From: the human T2T-CHM13v2.0 reference genome, Homo sapiens
Length of the DNA: 64,000 bases
Assembly (NCBI RefSeq): GCF_009914755.1
Contig: NC_060935.1
Reading direction: 5' to 3' (one strand)
Part shown: piece after piece, positions 13,124 to 28,266 of the stretch
How positions within the stretch are numbered: position 1 is the first letter of the stretch
Layout of the letters: every line of letters starts with the position of its first letter
The notes under the pieces: generated by a model
Told to the model about the DNA's origin: nothing
Seen by the model: the letters and a program-made list of their open reading frames with translations, nothing else
Database searches by the model: none
Position numbers and translations under genes: made by a program

Positions 13124-15179
13124 GTGTTTTATATATACACGTATATACACACACATTAATAAGAAGGTTAGAAAACATTATAAACTCTGAGAAGTATGTG
13201 CAATTTAGTTACGTATTAACATGTTTAATAACTTATTTGAGTAAAAATAAGTAAATCTAAATTAAAATACAAACACAGGAAGAAAAAGTACAAATCTATA
13301 AATGGAAATACTATATAAACACATGAACAATTACAAAAAGTGAAATAGTGATAACCAATAAACACATGAAACATTATCACTGTACTAGTAATCAAAAACA
13401 TGCAAAAGTAAAAAATGGAATATAACTTTCTGATCAAATTCATAAATTCAAAAAAAATTATAAATTCATTGTTGATAAAAGTCAATTGTGCTACCCAAAT
13501 GGGATATGCATTCCCACTGAGGGCTTTAGAAAGTATAAATCTAAGGGTAAATTTGAATATAAAAGGAAACTTAAGTTAGCAGAGCCCTTCTAGAAGTTAG
13601 GGGCCTTAAAAATCTAAACATGTTTAGGAGGAGAGGGAAAGATGGCTGACTAGATGCAGCCAGGTGAAAGCTCCCACCAAGGAACTTAGATGGCTGGCAT
13701 GCTCCTAAAAGATCTTCAGAGGAAAGGCACTGAGAGTGGACAGAGGAAAGACACAGAAGCTTGGCTGAAGCGGGAGAAAGCTAGGAACCATAGATGAGGC
13801 TGTAGTGTACCTACAGTGGTTCCTGGCCCCCAGTGGCTCCAGGAGAATGGGTAAGTTGAACCATCAAGGAGCAAGCTGTTCTCACCTTGAGCCTCTGGAA
13901 CCCCAGCAGAAAGAAACCAAGGACACTTGAGTTGGCAGGGAGACCTGCTTAGAGAAGTGGTAGGGGCAGCAAGCCAGCTGATGTGGAGCACAGAGGGTTT
14001 GGTGTGGGAGTGCCGGTAGCGGAGCATGGCCAGAGATGGCCATCCCCGTAGGATCCACTTGCTCTCACAGGAGACTTTTGCCTTAGGGAAACTGTTGGTC
14101 CTAAACTCTGCAGTGCAGCCTTGCCCATCAGATGGGGCCAGTCCAAACTGGGCACTCCTTGGTCTGCTAGCCTCTCCCAGGGCCCAGCTTGGTCACACCT
14201 GCTTGCAGGGCAGCCTTGGGTACCCTGGAGACACTTACCACAGCTTATGCACTGAAAGACCATGACTGACCAGTGAAGAACTCCAGTGGGGTGACCCCTA
14301 TGGGCAGGCACCAGCCCATACACTTCCTCCCCACACTTCAGCTCCGCATGGGCCCACTGCAGCTCCCCACGGCAGTTTGCTGGCAAATATCTGCATCAAT
14401 AGATTTTGATTGTTTTGTACCAGTTGTGTGTCGGGATACAGTCCTTTCCTGCCTCCCCCAACACCACTGACCACCATTGCAGATGCAGCTTTGGTGGGCA
14501 CAGAGCCAGCCAGGCCCAACCCTGTTAGTGCCCTGAACTTGTGCTAACACTGCACAGAGAAGAATAGACCCTCCTCTGCCCTGAGCAACCATTCCTGCTT
14601 GTAGGGTACAAAAAAGGCACCCAGACCTGCACTTGCCAACACCCTGCCACCTAGCCATCACCACCTCCACTATGACCACACACAGCTGTCAGCAGAGGAT
14701 CCCACTCATACTCTGCCAAGCTGCATTGCCTCCACAACTGTGGTGAATGCCCACAGGGAGACAGGCACCCTGGTGCCCACTAGTACTCTGCTGTAGCTGC
14801 TGTTGCACTGCTGCTGACACATGCAAAGGAGGGTGGATCTTGCTTTCACTGCGCTATGAAATGCTTTGGCTGACACAATTCATTGGAGTGTAGTGATCAG
14901 TGATCTGGGAACATCTCAGTCCCCACAGCACAGTGGATTCCTAACCTCAAGGAGCCCGAGGAAAAAAGCTGGGCCCAATACAAGTCCCCCAGAGCTGGAA
15001 CACACAGTCAAGGAGTTGGAAGCTAAGGACTGGCCCCCTAAAATCTTCCAGAAATGAGGCCAGTGAGCTGAAGCCACCTTATAGCACAATCAAATCCTGA
15101 AGGTCATCAGGCAGGATAAATGAAAGAATACCCATCCACAGATAAGCAACCTCACAGATTGAAGAGAGATAAGCCCACA

Positions 15180-16190
15180 AATATAAATCAGTGCAATGAC
15201 TTTGAAGATTCAAAAAGCCAGAGTGCTTTCTCTCATCCAAATGACCATATCACCTCTCCAGCAAGGGTTCTGTATCAGGTTTAGATGGATAAAATGACAG
15301 AAACAGAATTAAGAATATAGATAGGAACAAAGATCATTTAGCTATAGGAGTACGTTGAAACCCGATCCAAGGAGGCTAAAAATTATGATAAAACAACACA
15401 GTAGCTGACAGCAAAATAGCCAGTATAGAAAAGAATGTTAACTAGCCTCATAGCTAAAAAACACTCTACAAGAATTTCATAATGCAATCACAAGTATAAA
15501 TAAATAGCAGAATAGACCAACCAGAAGAAAGACTCTCAGAGCTTGAAGACTGGCTTTCTGAAATTAAACAGACAAGTATAGAGAAAAAAGAATGAAAAGG
15601 AACAAACAAAACATCTGAGAAATACGGGATTATATGAAGAGACCAAATATATGAATTAGTGTCCATGAAATAGATGGAGAGTATTGAACCAACTTAGAAA
15701 GCGTATTTCAGGATATCATCCATGAGAACATTGCCAAACATAGCTAGAGAGGTCAACATCCAAATTCAGGAAATGCAGAGAACCCCAGTAAGATACTTCA
15801 CAAGAAGATCATCCCCAAGACACATAATCATCAGATTGTTTAAGGTCTAAATGAAAGAAAAAATGTTAAAGGCAACTAGAGAGAAAGGTCAGGTCATCTA
15901 CAAAGGGAAACCCCTCAGACTAACAGCAGACCTCTCAGCAGAAGCCCTATAAATCAGACAGGATTGGGAGGCAATATTCAACAATCTTAAAGAAATTCCA
16001 ACCCAGAATTTCATATATGACCAAACTAAGCTTCATAAGCAAACAAGAAATAAGATCCTTTTCAGAAAAGCAAATGCTGAGGAAATTTATTACCACCAGA
16101 CCTGCCTTATAAGAGCTCCTGAAGGAAGCACTGAGTATGAAAAACAAAGATTGTTTTACCAGCCAGTACAAGAACACACTGTAGTATGTA
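15180..16190 (+). pseudogene. L1 ORF1 remnant (multiple stops/frameshifts)
   Basis: 'caggaaatgcagagaacccc', 'ctctcagcagaagccctataa' and 'ccaccagacctgccttataagagctcctgaaggaagcact' are ORF1 hallmarks. Confidence 0.8.
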
Positions 16191-17182
16191 GACCAGTAAC
16201 ACTATAAAGCAATCACATAAACAAGTCTGCAAAATAACCAGTTAACAACATGGCAGGATCAAACCCACACATAACAGCATTAACCTTAAATGTAAATGGG
16301 CCAAATGACCCAATCAAAACAAACAGTGTCAAGCTGGATAAAGAACAAAGACCCATTGGTATGTTATCTTCAAGAGACCCATCTCACATGCAATTACACA
16401 CATAGGCTAAAAATAAAAAGATGAAGAAAAATCTGCCAAGCAAAATAAAAACAAAAAAGCAGGGGTTGCAATCCTGGTTTCAGACAACAGACTTTAAACC
16501 AACAAAGATCAAAAAAGACAAAGAAGGGCATTACCTAATGGTAAAGTATCATGCACCCCAACACAAGAGTACCCAGATGCATAAAGCAAGTTCTCATAGA
16601 GCTTCAAAGAGACTTCAACTTCCACATAATAATAGAGACTTTAACACCCCACTGACAATATTAAACAGATCATTGAAACAAAAAATCAAAAAAGATATTC
16701 AGGACCTGAAGTCAGCACTGGATCAAATAAACCTGATAGACACCTACAGAATTCTCCACCCCAAAACAACAGAGTATACATTTTTCTCACCACCACGTGG
16801 CACATACTCTAAAAATCAATCATATAATCAGAAGTAAAACACTCAACAAACTCAAAACAAGTGAAATCATAACAAAAAATCTCTTGGACCACAGCACACT
16901 GAAATTAGAAATCAAGACTAAGAAATTCACTAAAAACCATACAATTACATGGAAATTGAATAACCTGCTCCTGGATGAGTCTTGGGTAAATAATGAGAGT
17001 AAGGCAGAAATCAAGAAGTTCTTTGAAACTGAAGAGAACAAAGAGACAACATACCAGAATCTCTGGAACACAGCTAGGGCAGTGTGAAGAGAGAAATTTC
17101 TAGTACTAAATGCCTACATCAAAAAGCTGGAAAGATCTCAGTTTAACAACCTAACATCACAACTAAAAGAACTAGAGAAAGG

Positions 17183-17568
<386 letters not shown>

Positions 17569-18058
17569 TCAACAAACCCAGGAGCTGTTTTTCAGAAAAA
17601 ATTAATAAAATACATAGATTGCTAGTTAGACTAATAAACAGCAAAGATTCAAACAAACACAATTAGAATCGACAAGGAGAATATTACCACTGACCCCACA
17701 GAAATACAAATAACCATCAGAGAATATTATGAACACCTCTACACATGGAAACTAGAAAATCTAGAAGAAATGGATAAGTTCCTGGACACATACACCCTCC
17801 CAAGACTGAGCCAGGAAGAAATTTAATCCCTGAATGGACCAATAACAAGTTCTGAAATTAAGTCAGTAATAAATAATTTACCAACCAAAAAAAGCCCAGG
17901 ACCAGACAGATTCATAGTTGAATTCTACCAGAAGTACAAAGGATATCTGGTACCATTCCTGCTGAAATTATTCCATAAAATTGACGAGGGAGTCCTCTGT
18001 AACTCATTCTATGAGGTCAACAGTCTGATACTGAAACTTGTCAGGGACACATGGACGA

Positions 18059-18088
<30 letters not shown>
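18059..18088. repeat. (CA)n microsatellite inside L1 ORF2
   Basis: Read directly. Confidence 0.95.
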
Positions 18089-18089
<1 letters not shown>

Positions 18090-19983
18090 AACTTCAGGCC
18101 AATACCCTTGATGAACACTGATGCAAAAATCCTCAACGAAATACTGGCAAACTGAATCCAGAAGCATATCCACCATGATAAAGTAGGCTTTATCCCTGGG
18201 ATGCAAAGTTGGTTCAACATATGCAAATCAATAAATGTCATTCATCACATAAACAGAACAAGATAAAAACTACATGATTATCTCAATAGATGCAGAAATG
18301 GGTTTAGATAAAATTCAACATTGCTTCATGTTAAAAACTCTCAATAAACTAGGTACTGAAGGAACATACCTCAAAGCAGTAAGAGCCATCTATGACAAAC
18401 TCACAGCCACCATCATAGTAAATAGGCAAAAGCTAGAAGCATTTTCCTTGAAAACCATCACAAAACAAGGATGCTCTCTCACCACTCCTATCCAACACAG
18501 TATTGTTAAGTCCTAGCCAGGGCAATCAGGCAAGATAAAGTAGTAAAGGGCATCCAAATAGTAACAGAGGAAATCAGACTACCCTTGTTTTCAGATGACA
18601 TAATTCTGTAACTAGAAAACCCCATAGTCTCAGCCCAAAAGCTCCCTAAGCTGATAAACTTAAGCAAATCCTCAGGATAGAAAAATCAATGTGCAAAAAT
18701 CACTAACATTCTTATACACCAACAACAGACAAGTCAAGAGCCAAATCAGGAATGTAATCCCATTAGCAATGGCCACAAAAAGAAGACAATACCTAGGAAT
18801 ATGGCTAACCAGGGAGGTAAAAGATCTCTACAAGGAGAACTACAAAACACTGCTCCAGGAAATCAGATGACACAAATGGAAAAACATTCCAAGCACATGG
18901 ATAGGCAGAATTAATATGATTAAAATAACCATAAAGCCCAAAGCAATTTACAGATTCAATTCTATTCCTATTAAATGTTGACATTCTTCACTGTACTAAA
19001 AAAAAACTATTTTGAAATTCACATAGAACCAAAAAATCATAAGAAACAATCTCCAGGACCACAGTACACTGAGTAGCCAAGGCCATCCTAAGCAAAAAGA
19101 GCAATGCTAGAGGCATCCCTTTACCCAACTTTGAACTATACTACAAGGCAACAGTAACCAAAACAGCATGGTACTGATAAAAGAACAGATACATAGACCA
19201 ATGAAACAGAATAGAGAACCCAGAAATAAGCCTACACATCTACAACTACCTGATCTTTGACAAACCTAACAAAAACAAACAAAGGGGAAAGGATTCCCTG
19301 TTCCATAAATGGTGCTGGGAGAACTGGCTACCTATATGCAGAAGAATGAAACTGGACCCCTTCTTTATACCATATACAAAAATCAACTCAAGATGGATTA
19401 AAGATTTCAGTGTAAAACAAAATATAAAAACCCTGGAAGACAACCTAGGCACTACCATTCTAGACATAGTAATGGGCAAAGATTTCATGACGAAAACACC
19501 AAAAGCAATCACAACAAAAGCAAAACTTGACAAATGAGGTCTAATTAAACTAAAGAACTTCTGCACAGCAAAAAAACAAACAAAACAAAAACAAAAACAA
19601 AAAAACTATCAACAGAGTAAACAGACAACCTACAGAATGGGAGAAAACTGTTGCAAACTATGCATCCAACAAGGGTCTAATATCCAGCATATATAAGAAA
19701 CTTAAATTTACTAGAAAAAAAAAACAATCCCATTTAAAAGTAGGCAAAGGACATGAACAGACACTTAACAAAAGAGAAGACATGCATGCAGCCAACAATC
19801 ACATGGAAAAAAAAAGGTCAATATCACTGATCATTGGAGAAATCCAAATCAAAACCACAATAAGATACCATCTGACATCAGTCAGAATGGTATCAGAATT
19901 ATTAAAAAGTCAAAAAATAGCAGATGTTGGTGAGGTTTTGACCCTAAAGATCTAGCTACATAATCAGATTAAATATGCAATTG

Positions 19984-20269
19984 GGCCAGGCACAGTGGTT
20001 CATTCCTGTAATCCTAGCACTTTGGGAGCCTGGGGCGGCTGGATCGCTTGAGCCCAAGAGTTCAAGATCAATGTGGCCAACATGGCAAAACCATACAAAA
20101 ATACAAAAAATTAGCCAGGCCTGGTGGTGCATGCCTGTGGTCCCAGCTACTCAGGAGGCTAGGTGGGAGGATCACCTGAGCTTAGGGAGGTCAAAGCTGT
20201 AGTAAGCCATGATCCAGCCATTTCACTCCAGCTTGGGTGACAGTGACAGCCTGTCTCAAAAAAAAAAAA
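19984..20269 (+). mobile_element. AluJ
   Basis: 'ggatcgcttgagcccaagagttcaag' and 'gggaggatcacctgagc' are J-type; TSD atgcaattg. Confidence 0.9.
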
Positions 20270-21989
20270 TGCAATTGAACAAGTATGTGATAAAAGCATC
20301 TTCAAAGCTACATGATAGGCTAATGTACGTCTACAGTATTATTGTTTCAGTCACTGACTTCACCGTACATGAAACTGTTTGCTCAGCTTATTTTGAGCAC
20401 TCTAAGAATATCCACACAATTTGTTTTGCTTGGAGCAAAACTAAGAAAACCCACACCCTGAAACCTCTCATCTGCCTCTAACACATACTATCTCTAACCT
20501 CACTGCAGTCCACATAAGACAGTTTCATTTACTCCACAAAGCACATGAAAATGTTAATAGATACCAGGGGGCAAATGAATGTGCCAAGAGAATTTCCTGA
20601 TGTCAAAGAAAATTAGGGATTCCAAGGCAGCTGAACTCTGGCCTTTCAGGGCCCACACCAAGGAAGGAGGAGATATTTTTGGTCAAAGAAGTCCAATCTG
20701 CTTGAGCCTATTAATTCCACTGTTGACCAAATGGATCAAGCACAATTCAGGATTATTTCAACAAACCCTCTTGGCAGGTAAACATTTTCTGCAGACTGAG
20801 GCTCTTTCTAGCTATGGCAAAATGAATTGTATAAACACCACTGAGGTAATATTAATATAAATCAAACAATAAAGCAATATCATGCTTGTGTACCCAGCTG
20901 CCCAGCTGTTGATAGAGACCAAGACAATTTGAGGAGACTAAATATGCTATTCAAAAAAAAATTCTTCATGATTTCCTCTAGCAGACAATGATTTTCTAGT
21001 GCTATTTTTAGCAATGAAACTTTTTTCCCTATGAGATTCACACATGAAATCCCAATTCATAAAGGATATAACCTGGAGCATTTCTGAGTGATGTGGTAGA
21101 GGCCCAGCCATTCCAAATATCTATTTCAAGTCCTTTCAGGCACTTTCGTGCAACCCTAGGATGCATACAAGATAGGCTGGAACCCCCATTTTTGAGAAAC
21201 TAGGACAACCAACTCAAAAAACTGAACGGATGTCTATGTTTACCTTGATATTTTATATGAAATCATTAGGACACAAAACATTCTGTAAGCAAAATCACCA
21301 GTGTTTGTCTTTTGAGTGTTCTCCCACCTCCATTTTTTTTTATCCACCCTATCCTCCTCCTTCATCACTCTTTTATCTTCTTCCCCAAGGTATGCACCCC
21401 TGCCAGAGAGGCCCTAGCTAATCAGAGCTCCACCTCCCTCCCACTCCCCCAGACTGCCACCATTGCATCTTCTCAGCAGCCTGTTCTCCCAAAGAAACAA
21501 ATAATTGTAGAGCCTTTTCAGCAAGCATCAGTATTTTTGTCACCCAGTTTCCATTCAGTTTTCCCCTGACAGCATTTCCTCTTTCCCCGTGTTAGTTTTG
21601 AGGATCTGTTAATCAAGCTGTTTTGCCCTAGATAATCCCTAATCCACGTGGAGGGCTTTTGGTCCCGGTTTCTCCTGGTGTCTCTGTCTCCCCCCTCCCC
21701 CCCGCCTCCTTCTCCCTCCCTCTCTCCAGGGATTCTGAATCTTGAGAAGATCTCAAAGAGAAAAGCAAGGCTGATTCATCCTGGTGATGACATCCAGATA
21801 AGACTGCCCACTTGTTATTTAGATTCCTGGTCCAACAGCCCTGGTTACTGTGCTTTCTATACCTGGCATCCCATCTCTGTCCTTTCAGTTAGTAAATTAC
21901 CCAAGGTCTTTCAGTAGGTTACCTTTTTGCTGAAGTTAAATGGCATCTGTCTGTTGTGTATATCTAAAGAACCCTAAAATGATACAAGC

Positions 21990-22200
21990 TTTTATAAAAC
22001 ACTTTAAGATTTATTACTTAACTTGGCCCCCAGAATAATCTTTTGAAGTCAGGTAGGGAGGTACTATCGATCCCAATTTCCAGGAAAGTAATAGAGGCCT
22101 CAATGAGTTAATCGTAGTGTTCAAAGTCACATATTCAGCACACAGTGTGACATGATTCAAACCCAGTTCTTCTGATCCCAACACATATTCTTCCTTCTGC
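21990..22200 (-). mobile_element. MIR
   Basis: 'ttcaaagtcaca...gattcaaacccagttcttctgatccca'. Confidence 0.65.
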
Positions 22201-22856
22201 CATGTTGACTCCTGGGGTAGTACCCACTTTCTGGATCTAATCCTCCCAGTGAATTGTGCTTTTTTGTGTCTTATTTTCCCAGTGCCTCCTGAAATTACCA
22301 TGAGTTAATTGCGAAAGCCAATTCTCATGGATTAAATGACTGATAGAGGGTTCATATATTTTCCTTCTCAAGGGCATTTATTTTCAGCAAGTCAAACAAG
22401 CATATACTTCCTTAATCCACAAAAATGCCATTGAAATAAATGAGCTTTAAGAAGACAAACTTTAGAAATATATAATATATATATTCTACATTTTATATTT
22501 TCAAAGATATTTGGATCCACTAACCCTAATATTTCTTGTCAGCTATTCTGCAGAGAGCACCCAAACTCAGCATTACTTGATTTCTGTCTGACAGTTAAAC
22601 TCATATGTAACACAAACTGTTACAAATACATTGGAAAATTCATAACATGCCTCTTGGATTATAACAAAAAAAATAGATAATTAAATCCCTAAGCTTCGGA
22701 ACTAAATAACCCAGACCATAAAATTATCATTTGCATTTAGAATCAATATAAGAATTATTATTGTCATACTGTTGTACTATGCTTATGAGAGCTACTTGTA
22801 AAATACAGTGAATCAAATCACAGAAATAACCTCAGGATCTCTCCCTTGCCCAATCC

Positions 22857-22857
<1 letters not shown>

Positions 22858-22899
<42 letters not shown>
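22858..22899. repeat. (CA)n microsatellite, about 21 units
   Basis: Read directly. Confidence 0.97.
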
Positions 22900-22902
<3 letters not shown>

Positions 22903-25104
22903 TAGACTTCCAACATTATGGATGGTTTGTGGGGAAAAAAAAAAGTCTTTTTTTAAAGGCTTAATTCTAGTTTCAACAATCTGTCCAGAATTACTACCCC
23001 TTTCTGATGAAAAGAAAACTCCCCTCCCTCCTTTCACCTATATCTCTAGTCTTCAGATTGTCACACTCACCACAGAAGAGGGGAACAGATAAAATAACAT
23101 AGTACTTAGAGTCAAGAGACCAAATTTTGAGCCCATATTCCACTATTACCCTCAAGGTGACTTTGGGAAACTGTCAGAATGATCTAAACCCTTGTTTATT
23201 TCCATTTAAAATGGATAAAGGTAACATTGCCCAACAAATAAAGATTTTCAGTTTATTATTGATGCAGATTAAAAAAAAGCTGTAGCGACAATCCAGATAT
23301 CATCTGATAGAGGCAAGCTAGCCATTCAGACAGATTGCTAAAGCATTTTTCTTAGCCTTATAGAGGAGACTCAAAAATCTGGCCTATCAGTGTACACAGA
23401 GAGGATCTCTTTCTCTCTCAGGGGTAGCCTCACGTTAACTAAGTTCATGAGACTATGTTAACCAGAATATCCTGCTACTATTTTACTATAATAAATATAA
23501 CTGACCCTCAAAATAGATTAACCTTTCTTTATGCTTGGTGGATGCATTAATATTAATATGGGCCTGCATTCAAATGAAGTCCCACATACATTAATACATA
23601 AATTTGCAAGGTCTCTGCATTCTCACCTACCCTTTGAACACTAATTCCAACTTGCTCTACAAATTTTTTCCCTCAAATATATCTAAGGATCTCCCAAGAG
23701 TATTCATGTGTCCAAGAGCCATTGTTTGTCACTGTTTTGCACCTGAAAAGGGCATAGCCCTTAAGACTGAATTTGACACTTACTGAAATTAGCATTTACA
23801 TTTGCTGGCCCCCAACAGTCCTGCTTGCTAGTTTTGGTTAACATTGTCACTGAGTTGCTGTAGGTATTTTTGCATTGCTTTTGGTAGAGTTCCATGAATT
23901 CCCCAGACAAACACGATTCTGTGCTGAATGGTAAAGAAATAATGCTGTTACCTTTGAGCTACACTCACTTAATAGTCCCATAGCAAAACTGTTAAATGCC
24001 TAAGAATTTCCATGTTTTAGAGAAGTTCTTTCGATTCGACCATATGTAAATGTTTATTCCAAGGCATATCCAAGGTGTCAGGGTGGTTGCATCAAGATGG
24101 TTCCAGTGTGTCAGTCATCCTGGGCATGGGATCAGGACTACCCCTCCTTCAAAGTTTAGCCCCTAAAGAGAGACACAGCCTCCCTCATCAGAATTCCTTA
24201 TGCCTCCAAGAAAGATGAGTTGTTTCAGCACCTCCTTGCTATTTCCCATAACTTGGCATTCATCAAGCCACCCTAATCCATCAGACATATTTCAGTATCT
24301 TTGAAACTTAAAAAAAGAGTCAAGCCCTATTTCTTTTCTCCCTGGAAACTCTTATTTCTCATGTAAATTAGCGGCACAAATAAATTCTAGCAAGAGTGAT
24401 GTCACACAACTTTACCCTGAGGCATCCAAGCTACAGGAGTTTAGAGATGTTTCAGAAAACTGTTAAAGCAATTGTCTTCATCAACAAAGTTTGAACCCTA
24501 GACCTATCTAAAATGTCCTATTGTATGCACATGCATGCATGTAAACACACACACACATACACACAGATAGAGAGGGACAGATCACCTAAAGAGATGCTCA
24601 AAAAACTTCAGTGCTAATGAAAATGTACCAAATGGAAATCTAGACTGAAAAATTGGATGAAAAATATACAGATCAAGTGAGCAAGTAGGGTACATAATGA
24701 ACTGCTTGATGGAGCCTAGAAATTTAATGAGCAACTTGAAAAATCATTTAATATCTGGTTGAGAAAGAACTAAAAGATCATTTAATCCAACCCCTTTACT
24801 TTATAGCTGAAAAAATGAAGATCTAGATTGATGAAGTGACTTCCCCAAGGTCACCCTGCTCTTCTGAAACAAATTTAGGACTAGAATTTTTCCATGACAC
24901 TCTACCACTTATGATCCCTTCTTCTGTAATATTTGCTTGAAAGCTTGTCCTTTTGCTACTTAGATGAAAGATTTTCATCAAATCTGTTTAAGAGATCAGG
25001 GCACAGTTCTTTGAGTTAGAACACACAAGGCAAAAAAGATGTACAGAAGCCTCATTCCATCCTACAGCAGGAAACCCTTACTTGTAGCCTTCACAAGTAA
25101 TCAT

Positions 25105-25310
25105 AGTAATACTAATAATTATTATCATGTGTTGAATGTTCCTCATTCTTTGGGCACCATGACAAATTCTTCATGTTTTGTTTTTGGTTTTGGGGGATAT
25201 CAGTCCTCAGTAAACACATAGAAATGAATTTAGAGAGCTTAGGTAACTTGTCCAAGGTATCTGGTTACTAAGTGACAGACTAGGATTCAAGTCCAGGCCA
25301 ACTGACAGTA
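25105..25310 (-). mobile_element. MIR
   Basis: 'aggtaacttgtccaaggt...gtgacagactaggattcaagtccagg'. Confidence 0.6.
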
Positions 25311-27779
25311 CTCTGGAGGCAGAAGCAGATTAAAACCAGTTGTTTAGCATACTTAACCATGAAATAACACTTTTTCATAACCTTTATACCACTCTGACAC
25401 CTGTTCTACTTTATTACCCCCATTATTGATTTCCATATCTCCTGTTCAATCCCTCCTTCCACCAATCTGTACTGCACACTGTTTCCACATTCACCTTTCT
25501 GAAGACTAATATGTGTGTCACACTCTCACTCCAAAGCCATTAAGCAGCTCTTCACAGTCTATTTAATGACTTGATATATAAAGCCTCCCTAATCTGTCCC
25601 AATCTACTTTTCTAACATTAGACCCCTTTTCTATCAAATCCTTTCTCTTGTCAATCAAAGTCACTTCCTATCCTTAATATGTATCTTGCAATTTATCCTT
25701 CACCCTTCCACATTTACTGAGTACCAACTATGTGCCAGGTCTTGTGTTAAACATTGAAAATAAAAACATAAAAGAGACTCTCCTTAAAGAAGTTTAGAGT
25801 GTTACAGACAGTCATTCAAACAAGTGATTTCAGTCAAGCAAAGAGATTATCATACCTTAAGCTGCTCAAAATTTGATGGAAACCAAGGTGAGCTCTGAGC
25901 TTTCACCTTTAAGTGTTTTTTTGTTTTGTTTTGTCTGGTATGCCTTTCGCAACCCACACCTCCATCTTCATCTAACTAGATCCCACAGAATCGGGTACAA
26001 ATGCAACTTCCTTCACAAGGTTTTGCCTCATAATCATGCATATGTTTCTTCCTAAAAAATACAGTGAAAGTTCCCATTAAATGAGTTTTATTTTTTATTT
26101 TTAAATCTTGAAAGTTTATTCTTACAAAAGTCAGAAGCAGAAAATAAATGTGCCCAAAGTCTAAGGGTGATTACAAGGATTCTAGTGGTGAAAAGCAATG
26201 ATTGTTTCTACTTATTTTTGCTTCAAAATATCTGACTCTCCCTTCCCTACTACACCCTATATCAGTTTTTATATTGGCTCACAACTAGACTGAAAAGGGG
26301 AGAAGAGGGTAGAAGAATTTTGTAATCTGAATAGCAGAGAGAGAAAAGAACACTAAAAGGACATGTGTGTATTGTGATGGCAAAGTTGCCTTAAATGAAA
26401 TAAACTGGATTGCAGCAATGAAAGTTACCAGAAAATGGAAGCATAAGCGGGTAGACTCTTGATCTAGACAAGAGCCTTAGATCAAGCCAGAAGTATTGAT
26501 CTAGCCAGAAGCATGCTGAAGAAATGCAAAACCAAGCAGTTCCAAGACCGGCCACTAGGCAATGTAGCCTACTCAGATTGACTTTCAAGACTACTTCTAA
26601 GAAACAAGCAGGTTAGGAAGCTGCCTTTACCAGCCAATCATGTTGCAGTTATCTGAATACATCCTAAACACAGGCTTTTTAAGTGCAGGGGTCCTGTCAA
26701 ATTTCATGTTCCACAATGTCTAACACACTCTTGGGTACATCACAGGTACTCAGAAATTTTTGCTGAACGTATGTTAAATAAAAGAACAAACCAACACTTA
26801 GATGGTTGTAAAGGGCAACTCTAAAGTACTATACTTCACAGTTTACCAGACTTTTTTTTTTTTTTTTGGCATACTATATCAGTAGTGCTTCTGAGTACGT
26901 CATCATTCCAGTAAATGCTGCAATAAATCTCTGGACAGGTATAGCTTACAGCACACCCAAGAATTTGTTGATGCCTTTCCTCTACTCCTTTATATAGAAA
27001 AGGAAGTAAAAGATGTTAGCTACAAGGATAGAAACAATAAGCCAAGAGGTAGAACATTTCAAAAGTGTTGCTAGACTTGGACAAATTGCAAAGTTTAACA
27101 ATTACTCTGAACTGGGTTCTCAGTGCTCACCCAGCACACTGAGAAGCAATTACTGTCCAAGGGCTCTGAGAACTGAGATGGCCACAGTGAAACCACCGAA
27201 GACAGCTTTTTGATCCCCTACTTGCAGTGTATTTATTGGCCCCTACAGCCTTCTATCTTAAGCCATGAAAAAAAAATTATAAAAGGGAATATGATCCTAG
27301 AGAATTAACTTGACTCTTCCCCATGGGCAGATAGTAAATCATGTGACTAGACGGCCTACAGCTATTTAAGCCTACCAAATTTCCAGCACTGGCCAAAGGC
27401 TATGATGCAAGGAACACTAGTTTCTGTATATAACATAACAGCCAGACAGAGTAACAGAATTTTTTGCACTAAAAGAGCCCTATAATCATCTAAGGCCAAT
27501 GGTTCTCAAGCTGTTTTAGTCACAGAGTTCTTGCTTCAAGTAAAAATTTTTCAGGTGTTCAGTATAACTGAGCAAGTAAAAGTTACTGCTGGAGAAAGTA
27601 TGGAAAGCAGTAGAAACAGAATATCTAGAGCTTCAGAAAATAGCATTTGAACATAATTATTCTAATCCACACCCTGATATTATATATGCAAAGGGTCTAT
27701 AAGAAAATGATTTTACCTCCGCTATATAGAGGAGAATACTGAAGCACAATTTAAAATTTGTTGCCAAGATTATACAGCT

Positions 27780-28266
27780 AGTGCAGCAGTTGGAGTCTCT
27801 TTTGAAAACAGATGGCACACTCAAATTTGGATAATTTAAAGAGGAGTAAATAGAGAGACTATTTACAAAGGTAAGGGCAGGGTTTCCAAAACCAATAACG
27901 GATAGTGCAGCGCCATGGACTTGGTTTTTTAGGCCTGAAAAAGGGAGGAAAGAGAACAGTTACATGAATTTGTAAGGAGATAATCATGTAGAAAGGTCCT
28001 CCTTAAGAGATAATGTAATCTATAGATGAAAGACACAGCTAGCCCTAGGCAACCTTACAAGGAGGCAGCTAGAGGAAAACACACACTATCCTTGTTCTCT
28101 TCTTTCTCTGATCTCCTGCCAGGGCTTCCATTGGCTGAAACAACCAGAAATCAGACAAGAGGGCCTATTAATGTATTCCATACAGATCAGCCTCCTGCAG
28201 TACTAAATAAAATAGAAATTAGAAGAAAGTGGATATGGAAGGGCAAACCTGAAGTTATCTGCTATA
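27780..28266 (-). mobile_element. LTR33-like ERVL LTR nested in a MIR
   Basis: 'aaacagatggcacactcaaat', 'actatttacaaagg', 'ggatagtgcagc' and 'tgatctcctgccagggcttccattggctgaa' match the reverse LTR33 consensus as recalled. Confidence 0.65.

Noticed and set aside
13716-14679. Cluster of minus-strand ORFs
   Set aside because: They lie in the GC-rich L1 5'UTR, where stop codons are sparse; no coding hallmarks.
26300-26640. Purine-rich segment with an 18-bp near-repeat; possible pseudogene or ancient LTR
   Set aside because: No recognisable protein similarity, termini or TSD, so it cannot be assigned.
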